A stretch of 64,000 nt of DNA from Candidatus Kapaibacterium sp. (GTDB lineage: Bacteria; Bacteroidota; Ignavibacteria; Kapaibacteriales; HRBIN21). The translations under genes were made by a program, and so were the position numbers. Shown piece after piece: positions 27,818 through 37,582 of the stretch (positions within the stretch are counted from its first letter, which is position 1; every line of letters starts with the position of its first letter). The notes below the pieces were generated by a model, which saw nothing but the letters and a program-made list of their open reading frames with translations, ran no database searches and was not told where the DNA came from. Location of the stretch: the NCBI GenBank assembly GCA_938084565.1, contig CALKEU010000001.1, forward strand, positions 202,131 to 266,130. Reading direction: 5' to 3'.

Positions 27818-28933
27818 ATGGCATCACAACTCCATGTGTACTGTTCCGTTGCTACACTTCGTGAGGCTCTCTCCCTCCTGCATCCGGTCATCCCCAGCCG
27901 TACCACAACCCCTGCGCTCGAGTGTATTCATATATCGACGCAGTCCGACTCCCTGGAGCTGACGGCTGCAAATGCCGAAATTCGTCTCCGTATCTGCTGT
28001 CCGGCTCGTATTGTGACGGAAGGCTCCGCTCTCGTCCCAGCTAAACTCCTCTGGGACATTGTCCGCCGATTGGATGAGGATGAAGACGTTGCGCTCCTCT
28101 GGCAGGGAACCACCGCTATCCTGGAGACCGCCTATGGGCGATTCCAAATAGCAGGCCTCTCTCCCGAGGAATTCCCGACCGTTTCGGAGCTTCCCGAGCC
28201 CTCTCTCGAGCTTCCTGCTGAGGTCGTCAACAACGTCCTCCATCACGTACGCTTTGCCGCCTCTGAGGAACCTCTCCGCCCTGCCCTGACGGGCATCCTC
28301 TGGGAATTTCGGCCTGAAGCGGTCATTGTCGTTGGGACCGACGGCTACCGCCTGAGCCGCTTCCGCTTCCCAATACCGCTGGACTACCACGGCAGCGTGC
28401 TCATCCCTGCCGACACTCTCGATCTACTCCGCCGGATCACTGACCCGATACGCATCGGGTGGAATACGACACACGTCGTCATTGCCGATAGCCATTTCAC
28501 GCTCTGGAGCCGACTGATCGGCGAGAAATTCCCCGACTACGAGCGGGTTATCCCCACCGAGAGCACCCGGCGCTGTGTGATAAATCGAGAGCGTCTGCTC
28601 AAAGCTCTCGAACGCGTGTCTCTCTTTGCTCCGACCTCTGCTCGCATCGTCCGTCTCCACCTACAGAGCGACACTCTTCAGCTCCAAGCCGAGGATGAGG
28701 CACGCGGCGACCGCGCCCACGAAGCCGTTCCCTGCCAGTACTCTGGGGAGCCCTTGCTGATTGGTTTCAATGCCACATTCTTAACCGAAGCCGTGAAAGC
28801 TGCCCAGAAGGACTCGCTCCTGTTGGAGTTTACCGAGCCTACCCGCCCGGTCGTCATTCGGTGGGCGGACTCGGAAGAGCTGCCGGTGCTGGAATCCCCC
28901 TTGGTGATAGTGGTTATGCCGGTCCGGCTGTAG
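27818..28933 (+). CDS. dnaN: DNA polymerase III beta sliding clamp
   Basis: Three-domain beta-clamp-sized protein (372 aa from MASQLHVY); it sits directly upstream of recF, the conserved dnaN-recF arrangement. Confidence 0.8.
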   Translation: MASQLHVYCSVATLREALSLLHPVIPSRTTTPALECIHISTQSDSLELTAANAEIRLRICCPARIVTEGSALVPAKLLWDIVRRLDEDEDVALLWQGTTAILETAYGRFQIAGLSPEEFPTVSELPEPSLELPAEVVNNVLHHVRFAASEEPLRPALTGILWEFRPEAVIVVGTDGYRLSRFRFPIPLDYHGSVLIPADTLDLLRRITDPIRIGWNTTHVVIADSHFTLWSRLIGEKFPDYERVIPTESTRRCVINRERLLKALERVSLFAPTSARIVRLHLQSDTLQLQAEDEARGDRAHEAVPCQYSGEPLLIGFNATFLTEAVKAAQKDSLLLEFTEPTRPVVIRWADSEELPVLESPLVIVVMPVRL

Positions 28934-28941
28934 CCCTCTGC

Positions 28942-30066
28942 ATGCTCCTTGAGCGGGTGCAGGTCCGGAACGTTCGGCTCTATACGTCCGCAGTCCTACC
29001 GTGCAAACCGGGACTGAACCTGCTGTGGGGACCCAATGGCTCGGGCAAGACCACACTCCTGGAGGCTATTTGCGTAGGAGCCTGGGGCAAAGCCTTCGAC
29101 ACTCCCGATGCCCTCCTGGTACAGCGCGGAGCTCCTCAGTATTGGATTCGGCTGGAGGCCTGCTCCGATGTTGGGGTCCCGTACTGGGTGGAAGTCGAGT
29201 ACAGCCTCGACCACGGTAAGCGGATCCGCTCCTCCCACCGCAGCAGTCTGACGCCTAAGGAACTCATTGGCATACTGCCGGTGGTCTTCCTCGGGCCTGC
29301 GCTGCGAGCTATCACCACCGGCCCTCCACATGAACGACGCCGCTTTCTGGACGTTGTCCTTAGCCAATGCAGTCGCCCCTACCTTGAGACACTTCTCGAA
29401 CACCGGCGGACGCTCCGTCAGCGGAATGCCCTCCTGCAGCACTACCAGGCAGAAGCCCACTTCCTCCCCCAGTGGCAGAGCTGGACTGAGCTGTTCATCG
29501 AGCTCAGTGCGCAGCTTATCTGGCGCCGCTGGCAGTTCATCCGAGAATTTGAACCCCTCATCCAAGAACACTACCGGCGCATTGCCCCTACGGAAAGCCT
29601 CCAGGTCCGCTACGTGCCCGACAGCGTTCCCCCAGAATGCGCTGACCAAGGGCCCGGAGCGATCTCCTCCTGCCTCTCCCGACGCGCTGCAGAACTGGAA
29701 GCTGAAGAGCTGCGCCGCGGAACGACCCTCTTTGGGCCCCAAAAGGACGATGTTCTCTTCCTCCTCAACGGTATGCTGGCCCGGGAGACGGCCTCCCAAG
29801 GGCAACACAAATCGCTCCTCCTCAGCCTCAAACTGGCAGAGCTGCTCTACCTCCGACACCACCATGGCGAAACCCCCATCATGCTTCTCGACGACGTCTT
29901 TGGAGAGCTCGATGAGATACGCGCCCATGCCGCTCTGAGCCTCCTGCAGGCCTACGGCGTTCAAACCTTCATCACCGCCACCGACCCTCTGCATCTGCCT
30001 GCACAACTACACCAGAAGGCCCACTGCATCCGCATAGAAGCCGGCAGCTTGCTGCAAAGCTCTTGA
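28942..30066 (+). CDS. recF: DNA replication and repair protein RecF
   Basis: Walker A LNLLWGPNGSGKTTLLEAI; ABC/SMC-like C-terminus (PIMLLDDVFGELD). I place the start at the ATG MLLERVQVRNVRLY, 9 nt after the dnaN stop. Confidence 0.85.
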   Translation: MLLERVQVRNVRLYTSAVLPCKPGLNLLWGPNGSGKTTLLEAICVGAWGKAFDTPDALLVQRGAPQYWIRLEACSDVGVPYWVEVEYSLDHGKRIRSSHRSSLTPKELIGILPVVFLGPALRAITTGPPHERRRFLDVVLSQCSRPYLETLLEHRRTLRQRNALLQHYQAEAHFLPQWQSWTELFIELSAQLIWRRWQFIREFEPLIQEHYRRIAPTESLQVRYVPDSVPPECADQGPGAISSCLSRRAAELEAEELRRGTTLFGPQKDDVLFLLNGMLARETASQGQHKSLLLSLKLAELLYLRHHHGETPIMLLDDVFGELDEIRAHAALSLLQAYGVQTFITATDPLHLPAQLHQKAHCIRIEAGSLLQSS

Positions 30067-30067
30067 C

Positions 30068-31042
30068 TCAAAAGCGTACAAGCTGCCGTGCAGCGCGGAG
30101 TACCTGCTCCACCGACGGTAGAACCGCCTGCTCGAGCGGCGGAGCAAAGGGCGTAGGCACATCAGCGGCTGCAATGCGCACCACCGGCGCATCGAGAAAG
30201 GAAAAAGCTTTCTCCGCAATACGGGCGGCAATCTCTGCCCCAAAACCGCACGTCAGATTGGCCTCGTGCACGATCAGCACTCGATTCGTACGGCGAACGG
30301 ACTCCAACAGTGCAGCCTCATCCAAGGGAATCAATGTTCGCACGTCGAGCACCTCTACATCAATGCCCTCGTCGGCAAGCCGCTCAGCGGCTTGCAGTCC
30401 TATGTGCACGGCACTGCCATAGGCAATCACAGTCAGATCGGTTCCGCGGCGCACACACTGTGCGTGCCCCAGTGGAATTGGCTCAGCCTCCTCAGGTAGT
30501 TCCTGGCGTAGTTTGCGGTAGAGCCCTTTGTGCTCGAGGAAGACAACCGGGTTTGGATCTCGAATTGCCGAAATCAGCAGGCCTCGTGCGTCTGCTGGAA
30601 AAGCCGGATAGACCACCTTCAGGCCTGGCGTGTGGGCAAACCATGCCTCGGGATTGCGCGAGTGAAAGGGGCCTGCCCCAACCCCTCCTCCGGCAGGCCC
30701 CCGCACCACGATTGGCACAGGAATGCTCCACCGATAGGCTATCGTAGCAGCAACATTCACCAGCTGGTTGAAGCCATTGGTGACAAAGTCCATGTACTGC
30801 ATCTCCACCACTGGCCGCAGCCCGTTGAGTGCAGCGCCAATGGCTGCCCCAATGATGGCCGCCTCCGAAACGGGCGTGTCCAAAACACGGGCTGGACCGA
30901 ACTCAGCCAGAAAGCCTTTGGTCACTTTGAAAGCTCCCCCGTACACACCGATGTCCTCCCCGAGCAGGAATACCGTCGGGTCGCGGCGCATCTCCTGGCG
31001 CAGAGCGTCCGAAATCGCCTCCAGATAAGTTAGCTGCGGCAT
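30068..31042 (-). CDS. alpha-ketoacid dehydrogenase E1 component beta subunit (PdhB/AcoB-like, transketolase-like fold)
   Basis: LTYLEAISDALRQEMRRDPTVFLLGEDIG...EMQYMDF...; paralogous to the C-terminal half of the fused E1 at 56469-58586; no E1-alpha gene adjacent. Confidence 0.8.
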   Translation of the reverse strand: MPQLTYLEAISDALRQEMRRDPTVFLLGEDIGVYGGAFKVTKGFLAEFGPARVLDTPVSEAAIIGAAIGAALNGLRPVVEMQYMDFVTNGFNQLVNVAATIAYRWSIPVPIVVRGPAGGGVGAGPFHSRNPEAWFAHTPGLKVVYPAFPADARGLLISAIRDPNPVVFLEHKGLYRKLRQELPEEAEPIPLGHAQCVRRGTDLTVIAYGSAVHIGLQAAERLADEGIDVEVLDVRTLIPLDEAALLESVRRTNRVLIVHEANLTCGFGAEIAARIAEKAFSFLDAPVVRIAAADVPTPFAPPLEQAVLPSVEQVLRAARQLVRF

Positions 31043-31051
31043 CAGGCACGG

Positions 31052-31651
31052 TCACCCTCTCTGCTCCTTCTCCGGAAAGGGCGGCAGCGGCAGCGAACCC
31101 GGAATCCCCATCACGGGGAAATCCTTCCGCAGCGGATACAACGGCTGCCCTGTTTCGGGATCGACGAAATCCTCCGGCATGTAGAAGCGACGTAAGTCCG
31201 GATGCCCCTCAAAGATGATGCCGTACATGTCATAGGTCTCCCGTTCGTACCAGTTGGCGCTCTCCCATACCGATACCAGCGAAGGGCACGTCGGATGCTT
31301 TTCCGGCACAGGCACCTTTAAGCGCAGCCGCGCCTTGTAGGGATTGGACCAGAGGAAATAGACTACCTCAAAGCGTTCCTTGGGCCGGTACCAGTGCATT
31401 CGATGTGGGTGGTACCAGTCGATGGCCGTTATATCCACCAGCATATCGAATTGCGTCTGTGGGTTGTCTCGCAGCTCCCGGGCAACATCCAGGAGACTCT
31501 CCCGCGTAATGATGAGCGCCAACTGGCCGCGATGCTCGTACGTTTCCACCTCAGGGCACCACGGCTGTACAATTTCTACCAGAAGCTCCTTGGAAGGTGC
31601 GGGCATACATTTCCCCTGCGCCGTAGGACATACCACCACGCCATTTTCCAT
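31052..31651 (-). CDS. nuoC: NADH-quinone oxidoreductase subunit C (30 kDa)
   Basis: SANWYERETYDMYGIIFEGHPDLRRFYMPEDF is the NuoC signature. The start is uncertain: ATG at 31651 (MENGVV) or 31606 (MPAPSK). Confidence 0.8.
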   Translation of the reverse strand: MENGVVVCPTAQGKCMPAPSKELLVEIVQPWCPEVETYEHRGQLALIITRESLLDVARELRDNPQTQFDMLVDITAIDWYHPHRMHWYRPKERFEVVYFLWSNPYKARLRLKVPVPEKHPTCPSLVSVWESANWYERETYDMYGIIFEGHPDLRRFYMPEDFVDPETGQPLYPLRKDFPVMGIPGSLPLPPFPEKEQRG

Positions 31652-31679
31652 GCTAGCACAATGTCTCGTGCGGCACCCC

Positions 31680-32327
31680 TCAGCCCTCTCCAAGCTGCGG
31701 TGCACTGCCGCCTACTCTCCTGACAGGCTGATAGGTACCGAAGACCCAATCCCACAGAGGTGTGCTGATCCCAAAAGAGGCACGCTCATCGACGTAGTGA
31801 TGCCGCATATGGTGCGCTTTCAGGAAGCGTCCAATACGCCCGCGCATGGGCAGATGGTGCGTGGCGTAGTGGATGGAGTCGTAGATGACATAGCCCAGCA
31901 CGAACCCTGCAAACACCGCCGGTTGGAGGTCGCCAAACACCCACTGGAAGAGCCCATAGAAGAGCACCGCCAACGGGATACTCACCACCGGTGGCATGAC
32001 CAGACGCGTGCTGTCACGCGGATAGGCGTGGTGCACGCCGTGCACGAGGAAGTGCAAGCGCTGTCCCCATGCCGACTTCGGCTCATAGTGGAAGATGGCC
32101 CGATGGATCCAATATTCGGCCAGTGTCCAGAGGAATACCCCCCCGAGGAAGCAAAGAGCAAACGTATACCACGGAAGTGTCCCGAGCGCCCGGTAAGCGA
32201 AGTATCCAACTACGGGCATATACAGCACCAGCGGAGTTACGGGATGGACATGCGTGAGCCGCTCAAGCCACGGGTTGGAAAACAGCGGTACGGTCTCATC
32301 CCGATTGGAGACAACTCGCCCCGACAT
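31680..32327 (-). CDS. fatty-acid hydroxylase / sterol desaturase superfamily membrane protein
   Basis: Three histidine boxes (HRAIFH, HGVHHAY, HHMRHHY) in a 4-TM protein. Confidence 0.7.
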   Translation of the reverse strand: MSGRVVSNRDETVPLFSNPWLERLTHVHPVTPLVLYMPVVGYFAYRALGTLPWYTFALCFLGGVFLWTLAEYWIHRAIFHYEPKSAWGQRLHFLVHGVHHAYPRDSTRLVMPPVVSIPLAVLFYGLFQWVFGDLQPAVFAGFVLGYVIYDSIHYATHHLPMRGRIGRFLKAHHMRHHYVDERASFGISTPLWDWVFGTYQPVRRVGGSAPQLGEG

Positions 32328-32365
32328 CGCTCCTCAGGATACAGTGCAACATGCCCCACACAAAT

Positions 32366-34228
32366 TTACGTGCCCGAAGACTCCGCAGAACTGCACGCCG
32401 TACCCCTCTCGGTTGGCCCGAGGTAGCGTTCCAAGAAGCGCTCCATGGCCTCGTAGAACTCAAAGCGATGTTCCTCATTGCGAAAGCCATGCCCCTCATC
32501 CTCTTTGACGAGGTACTCCACAGGCACGCCGCGACGCCGTAAGGCTTCCACTATTTGGTTAGACTCGTTGATGTTGACCCGCGGATCGCGCGCTCCTTGG
32601 GCTACCAGAAGTGGAGCCCGGATACGATCGGCATGGAACACCGGAGAGACCGCCCGCAGTAGGTCGGCTTCCTGCTCCGGATCCCCTACCATAGCGTAGA
32701 GCATTGGCCGAAGGGGCTCCCAGTACGGCGGTATGGTCTGCATGAATGTCAAGAGGTTCGAAACGCCGACGAAGTCGATGCCACAGGCGTAAAGCTCTGG
32801 GGTGAAGGCAAGACCTGCCAAGACAGCATAGCCTCCGTAGCTCCCGCCGTAGATGGCAATCCGTTTCGGATCGGCAATACCCTGCTCGATGAGCCAGAGA
32901 ACTCCGTCGGTAATGTCGTCCTGCATAGCCCGTCCCCACTGCTTGAAGGAGGCTTCCCAAAAGGCGCGTCCATAGCCGGTCGAGCCCCGAAAGTTCATCT
33001 GAAAGACGGCATACCCACGGTTGGCCAGAAACTGGACTACTGGATTGAAGCCCCACACATCACGTGTCCACGGCCCTCCGTGAGGGTGGACGACAACGGG
33101 TAAGCTGCGCGGCTCTACCCCGACGGGAAGGGTCAGATACCCGTGGATAGTCCAGCCATCGCGTGAGCGATACTGTACAGGGCGCATTGGAGCCATCCAC
33201 TCTTCTCGAAGCCACGGGCTGAGGTCGGCCAGCTTCTGCAGCTGGTCGCTGCCGCTATCGTAGAGCCAATATGCCCCGAGCGAGCGATCGCTATAGGTGC
33301 GCACGACGAAGAGCCGTTCATCCCGGTCGTGGGAGACAATGACGACCTCATAATCTTCGAGCTCCCGCTGGAGGCGTTCGTAGAGCTGTTCCGTACGGGC
33401 ATCCAGGAATGTGTATCCCCGCTTCCACGTCACGTACGTTACATGAGTGACCACCTTGCGCTTACGAGAGTAGCCTGCCCCATCGAGATCCACTTCCGGA
33501 TGCTCAGCAATGAGCTTCTCCGCACCCGTTTGGGGATCCACCAGAACCAGAGCACGCCTGTCCCGTCCGCGATCGGAGAGGGCATAGAGGCACTGATTGT
33601 CGAAGCTGAAGAAGAGTGGCTCCACGTGTGTCCGAAAATCAACCGTCAGTACCGTGCGGAATGGCTCAGTTTCCTCGCCGCGGAAGAGGAGGCTCGTATC
33701 CGTCCCGCGCACAGACACGGCCGCGCGCACACGCCCCTGGTGGTCGGCAATCCAGCTGATAATATCTCCGGGATTTTCCGTGACTAATTCCCGTTCCCCG
33801 CTCGGCAGATGGAGACGGTAGAGATCGAAGAGCTCCGCCTGCCGCTCATTGGTAGCAATGAGAGCCACCGTTGGCTCCAAGGGAAGCGGATCCACAACCT
33901 CTGCCCGACAGCCCTCAGGCGTGATCCAGCGCGGAGGACGCTGCTCGAGCACATCCACGAGCGCTAAGCGGTAGTTCTCATCTCCCCCAACATCACGGCC
34001 ATAGAGGATGAGGGTGTCGCTGACCCAATGGTAGAAGGCTATGTCACGGGTTGTCTCAGCCGTTAGCTGCCGCTCCTCCCCTGTGTAGCGATCGAGCACA
34101 AAGAGATTCATCCGCTGCTCCACGGGGGCTAGCCAGGCCAGATACCGTCCATCGGGAGAGAGTGAGTACGCAGCTCGCTCTGGATTGCGGAAGAAGTCTC
34201 GTAGCGGCAGTCGCGGTACCGTACTCAT
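32366..34228 (-). CDS. S9 family serine peptidase (prolyl oligopeptidase/dipeptidyl-peptidase-like) with N-terminal beta-propeller
   Basis: GGSYGGY nucleophile elbow; C-terminal alpha/beta-hydrolase with D and H (GHGF); N-terminal TolB/propeller-like repeats. Confidence 0.8.
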   Translation of the reverse strand: MSTVPRLPLRDFFRNPERAAYSLSPDGRYLAWLAPVEQRMNLFVLDRYTGEERQLTAETTRDIAFYHWVSDTLILYGRDVGGDENYRLALVDVLEQRPPRWITPEGCRAEVVDPLPLEPTVALIATNERQAELFDLYRLHLPSGERELVTENPGDIISWIADHQGRVRAAVSVRGTDTSLLFRGEETEPFRTVLTVDFRTHVEPLFFSFDNQCLYALSDRGRDRRALVLVDPQTGAEKLIAEHPEVDLDGAGYSRKRKVVTHVTYVTWKRGYTFLDARTEQLYERLQRELEDYEVVIVSHDRDERLFVVRTYSDRSLGAYWLYDSGSDQLQKLADLSPWLREEWMAPMRPVQYRSRDGWTIHGYLTLPVGVEPRSLPVVVHPHGGPWTRDVWGFNPVVQFLANRGYAVFQMNFRGSTGYGRAFWEASFKQWGRAMQDDITDGVLWLIEQGIADPKRIAIYGGSYGGYAVLAGLAFTPELYACGIDFVGVSNLLTFMQTIPPYWEPLRPMLYAMVGDPEQEADLLRAVSPVFHADRIRAPLLVAQGARDPRVNINESNQIVEALRRRGVPVEYLVKEDEGHGFRNEEHRFEFYEAMERFLERYLGPTERGTACSSAESSGT

Positions 34229-34249
34229 GAGCTTCCCTCTGGCATGTCT

Positions 34250-34789
34250 TCACTTCACCGACTTCACACGGGTAGAGTGCTCCTCTACGCTCGAGCTCCC
34301 AAAGGTGGCCTCCAGCCCTTGCAAGAACTTTCGCCGTTCGGCAGCCGATAGATTGACTTCTGGATGCATCCAACGGTAGAGGGGAGGCGGCATCGTACCT
34401 TTGCGATATTCTTCGGCTGCTTCATCGGCATCCTTTTGCGGCCGATGCCACTCGGACACGTTGAAGTGCCGACGCCCTTCCTGAACATCGCGGGCAATGA
34501 GCCATGAAATCGGAGCAACCCAGGCATACCACGGGTATTCCGTCTGATTGCTATGGCAATCCTTGCACACCCGGAAGAAGAACTGGCGCGTCTGCGGGCT
34601 GTCCCATGGCGGTTCCTGCACAACGGGTGGGTTCTGCGTAGGGCGGCCATAGGGAATGAGCTGTATGAGCCCGAAGAGTCCTACCCCAATGAAGAGCGCA
34701 CGTATCCAGCGATTCTGCCGCATTGTTGTCCGAACTATGCGTGCTACCGAGAGCCCAGAGACGAACAAAGCTCCTGTGGAGACGTACAA
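34250..34789 (-). CDS. small haem-binding-domain protein (CxxCH)
   Basis: Single CKDCH motif after an N-terminal TM segment, resembling the Haem_bd family. The start is possibly at MRQNRWIRALF (34723). Confidence 0.5.
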   Translation of the reverse strand: MYVSTGALFVSGLSVARIVRTTMRQNRWIRALFIGVGLFGLIQLIPYGRPTQNPPVVQEPPWDSPQTRQFFFRVCKDCHSNQTEYPWYAWVAPISWLIARDVQEGRRHFNVSEWHRPQKDADEAAEEYRKGTMPPPLYRWMHPEVNLSAAERRKFLQGLEATFGSSSVEEHSTRVKSVK

Positions 34790-34849
34790 CAGGCACGAAA
34801 GGCCCTGCGTCGTTCGTCGCTAAAGCTGTTCGTGTCAGCCTCTCAGGAA

Positions 34850-36217
34850 ATGCCCCGGATTGCGTTTTACACGCTCGGCTGCAAACTCAACTACGCAGAG
34901 AGCTCGCACCTACGGCAGCAGTTCGAGGAGGCAGGCTACAGAGTTGTCGCCTTCGGAGAGCCAGCTGACGTTGTGCTTATCAACACGTGCACAGTCACGG
35001 AAACAGCCGATGCAGAGTGCCGAAAACTTATTCGGCGGGCGGTGCGCCTATGGCCCAACGCTTTCATCGGAGTCACTGGCTGTTACGCACAGCTGAAGCC
35101 CGAAGAGGTGGCCCGCCTGGAAGGGGTTTCAGCCGTCTTCGGGAATCAGGAGAAAGGTTACCTTGTTGAGCTCATTGAACGGCTTCGGCAGCTCGGGGGA
35201 GGCCCACACGTTCTGGTATCCCCCTTCCATACACCTTGCTTCCAGCCAGCTCGCTCTGCGGATGAGGATAGCCGCACCCGGGCATTTCTGAAAATCCAAG
35301 ATGGCTGCAGCTACCGATGTAGCTTCTGCACCATTCCGGCAGCTCGCGGGCCGAGCCGGAGTATGCCCTTTGAGCAGCTCACCGAGCACATTCACGCTCT
35401 GGCGGCAGCCGGTTACCGCGAAGTCGTGCTCACTGGAATCAATCTCGGCACCTACCGGGCCCCCACAGGGGAACGTCTCATCGATGTCCTCCGCCTTCTC
35501 GAGCGTATAGCCCCCCCATTTCGGATCCGTCTCTCCTCTATTGAGCCCAACCTCCTGACCCCAGAGATTATCGAGCTGGTGGCGCGCTCTGAGTACTTCT
35601 GCCCTCATTTCCATATTCCCCTGCAGAGCGGCTCCCCGGAAATCCTGCGCCGCATGCGCCGGCGTTACACCGCCGAACAATACCGGAGGCTTGTACTCAC
35701 CATCAACGAGCGGATCCCCGGGTGTGCCATCGGTGCAGACGTGCTGACCGGCTTCCCTGGCGAAACTGAAGAGCACTTCGAGCAGACATACCGCCTCGTA
35801 GAGGAGCTGCCGATAAGCTATCTACACGTGTTCACGTACTCCGAACGCGAGGGAACGCCAGCTGCTACATTGCCCCATCCAGTGCCACAGCGTGTACGCA
35901 AGGCCCGGACCCATCAACTGAGACTCCTTTCAGACTTGAAACGGCAGCAGTTCTACCGATCTGCCCTGGGTTCTCTGCGCACCGTAATCCCGGAAACCTA
36001 CAATCCGACCACCGGTATGTGGGAGGGGTGGACGGAAAACTACATCCGCGTCCGCTTCGCTGCTCCACCCACGCTTCCGCATGAGCCGCTCGCAATCCGC
36101 CTATGTTGGCTTGAGGCAGATGCCGTCGTAGGCGTTGTAGCAGACAACTCGTACACCCCACTGCCGATTCTCACCGAACCATGCGCTGCACCGCCATCGT
36201 CTTCATCATCTGCATAG
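34850..36217 (+). CDS. mtaB: tRNA methylthiotransferase, MtaB-like (radical SAM, MiaB/RimO family)
   Basis: N-terminal MTTase domain (MPRIAFYTLGCKLNYAE) and the radical-SAM CSYRCSFCTIP motif. The ORF track starts 99 codons upstream, while I use the Met that begins the MTTase domain. Confidence 0.8.
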   Translation: MPRIAFYTLGCKLNYAESSHLRQQFEEAGYRVVAFGEPADVVLINTCTVTETADAECRKLIRRAVRLWPNAFIGVTGCYAQLKPEEVARLEGVSAVFGNQEKGYLVELIERLRQLGGGPHVLVSPFHTPCFQPARSADEDSRTRAFLKIQDGCSYRCSFCTIPAARGPSRSMPFEQLTEHIHALAAAGYREVVLTGINLGTYRAPTGERLIDVLRLLERIAPPFRIRLSSIEPNLLTPEIIELVARSEYFCPHFHIPLQSGSPEILRRMRRRYTAEQYRRLVLTINERIPGCAIGADVLTGFPGETEEHFEQTYRLVEELPISYLHVFTYSEREGTPAATLPHPVPQRVRKARTHQLRLLSDLKRQQFYRSALGSLRTVIPETYNPTTGMWEGWTENYIRVRFAAPPTLPHEPLAIRLCWLEADAVVGVVADNSYTPLPILTEPCAAPPSSSSSA

Positions 36218-36801
36218 GTACCCTGCCTGGCTGTAGCGTACCGATGCGCCCTCTTTCGACTCCACTGCGGCTGTACGACACGTTTACCACGCGCACCCAT
36301 ATACCTGTGTACGTCTACGAATGCTGGGACTCCGTGCACTTTGCCCAAGCACGCTACATTCCGTTCTTCCTCTTCCGCCCCGCCGATCCACGCGCACCAC
36401 TCTACGTTGCCGCATGGCAAGAATTTCTCGGGCGTTTCGCCGGACCGCTCCGCCCAGCCCAGAAGGAACTCCTGCAGAGCATCCTCAACCGCAGTGAACT
36501 CTCTGACTCCATCGCTCAGTGGCGTATCCCTATCTACGAGGGAGAGGTCTCCGACCTTCGTCATACCACACCGGTGCGCAACCTCTACTGGTCCATTGAC
36601 CGCTATGGCGCCGATGTAACCGAACTGGCCGTTCTCTGGCTGCGCTCGTATCCACAACTGGAGCCGTGGCACCCCTCCGGACGCCCTCCTGCCTTTTGGC
36701 ATCAGCTCCAACAGGAAGCCCACACCCTGTACCCAGAGCTCAAACGGCACATCGAACGTGATCTGGAGCGGTATGCCACGCACACTCCTCTTGCTCCTTG
36801 A
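36181..36801 (+). CDS. hypothetical lipoprotein
   Basis: MRCTAIVFIICIGTLPGCS is a lipobox-type signal peptide; no recognised family; overlaps the mtaB 3' end by 37 nt. Confidence 0.5.
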   Translation: MRCTAIVFIICIGTLPGCSVPMRPLSTPLRLYDTFTTRTHIPVYVYECWDSVHFAQARYIPFFLFRPADPRAPLYVAAWQEFLGRFAGPLRPAQKELLQSILNRSELSDSIAQWRIPIYEGEVSDLRHTTPVRNLYWSIDRYGADVTELAVLWLRSYPQLEPWHPSGRPPAFWHQLQQEAHTLYPELKRHIERDLERYATHTPLAP

Positions 36802-37582
36802 GTACGACGGAACGCGCTATGCTGGATGGCAACGGCAACCTAATGCCATCACAATCCAGGCCGTGCTGGAGGAAGCTCTCGGGAAAGTAGCCGGACAGCC
36901 GCTCCATGCTGTTGCCGCTGGACGTACTGACGCCGGTGTTCACGCCCGCGGCCAAGTAGTCCACGTACGCCTACCGTCGCTGTGGCGCATCCCCGCAGAG
37001 CGGATCCCCTATGCCCTCAATAGCTACCTCCCCGAGGACATCCGTATCCGGCGAGCCCAGCTGACCGAACAGCCCATACACGCCCGCTACGACGCCTGCG
37101 CACGCTATTACTCGTATACCCTCTCCCGAGCCCCTTCGGTGTTCTGCCGCCACTTCCGCTGGCATGTTCGCTATCCCTTTGACCCAGAGCTCCTCTGCGC
37201 AGCTGCCCCTGTCTTTCTCGGAACCCACGATTTCACAACTTTCTCCAAGCACAACCCCGCACAACGGCACTCCATCTGCACTGTGACCGAAGCGCGGTGG
37301 GAACGCCTCTGCTCGACATGCTGGCGCTTTCACATCCGCGCTGACCGTTTCCTCTACGGCATGGTACGAGCCCTGGTAGGAGCAATGCTACAGGTAGCTC
37401 GTCGCCGCCTGAGTATAGAAGACCTACGACAAGCTCTGCACCAACGCAACCGTCGCTATGCTAGCCCACTGGCCCCTCCACAGGGGCTTGTTCTCGAACG
37501 GGTCTTCTACCCTGAACATCTCCACGTTCGTCTTTGGGACAGGGAGGATGAACAATGGGCGGATCCGCCGCTGTGCTCGTGA
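36773..37582 (+). CDS. truA: tRNA pseudouridine(38-40) synthase
   Basis: LLLLEYDGTRYAGWQRQ and the catalytic RTDAGVHARGQVVH segments. Confidence 0.85.
   Translation: MPRTLLLLLEYDGTRYAGWQRQPNAITIQAVLEEALGKVAGQPLHAVAAGRTDAGVHARGQVVHVRLPSLWRIPAERIPYALNSYLPEDIRIRRAQLTEQPIHARYDACARYYSYTLSRAPSVFCRHFRWHVRYPFDPELLCAAAPVFLGTHDFTTFSKHNPAQRHSICTVTEARWERLCSTCWRFHIRADRFLYGMVRALVGAMLQVARRRLSIEDLRQALHQRNRRYASPLAPPQGLVLERVFYPEHLHVRLWDREDEQWADPPLCS

Noticed and set aside
28996-30006. 336-aa minus-strand ORF
   Set aside because: Antisense to recF (Walker A present in the plus-strand frame)
31380-32426. 348-aa plus-strand ORF
   Set aside because: Antisense across the nuoC and fatty-acid hydroxylase genes; both minus-strand frames have strong family motifs
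34553-34849. N-terminal 99 codons of the ORF-track mtaB model
   Set aside because: The MTTase domain begins at MPRIAFYTLGCKLN. The upstream part overlaps the divergent haem-binding gene on the other strand and has no counterpart in MiaB/MtaB proteins. It is treated as 5' over-extension.
36040-36783. 247-aa minus-strand ORF
   Set aside because: Antisense to the mtaB 3' end and to the plus-strand lipoprotein ORF, which has a convincing lipobox signal peptide. The minus-strand translation is low-complexity.
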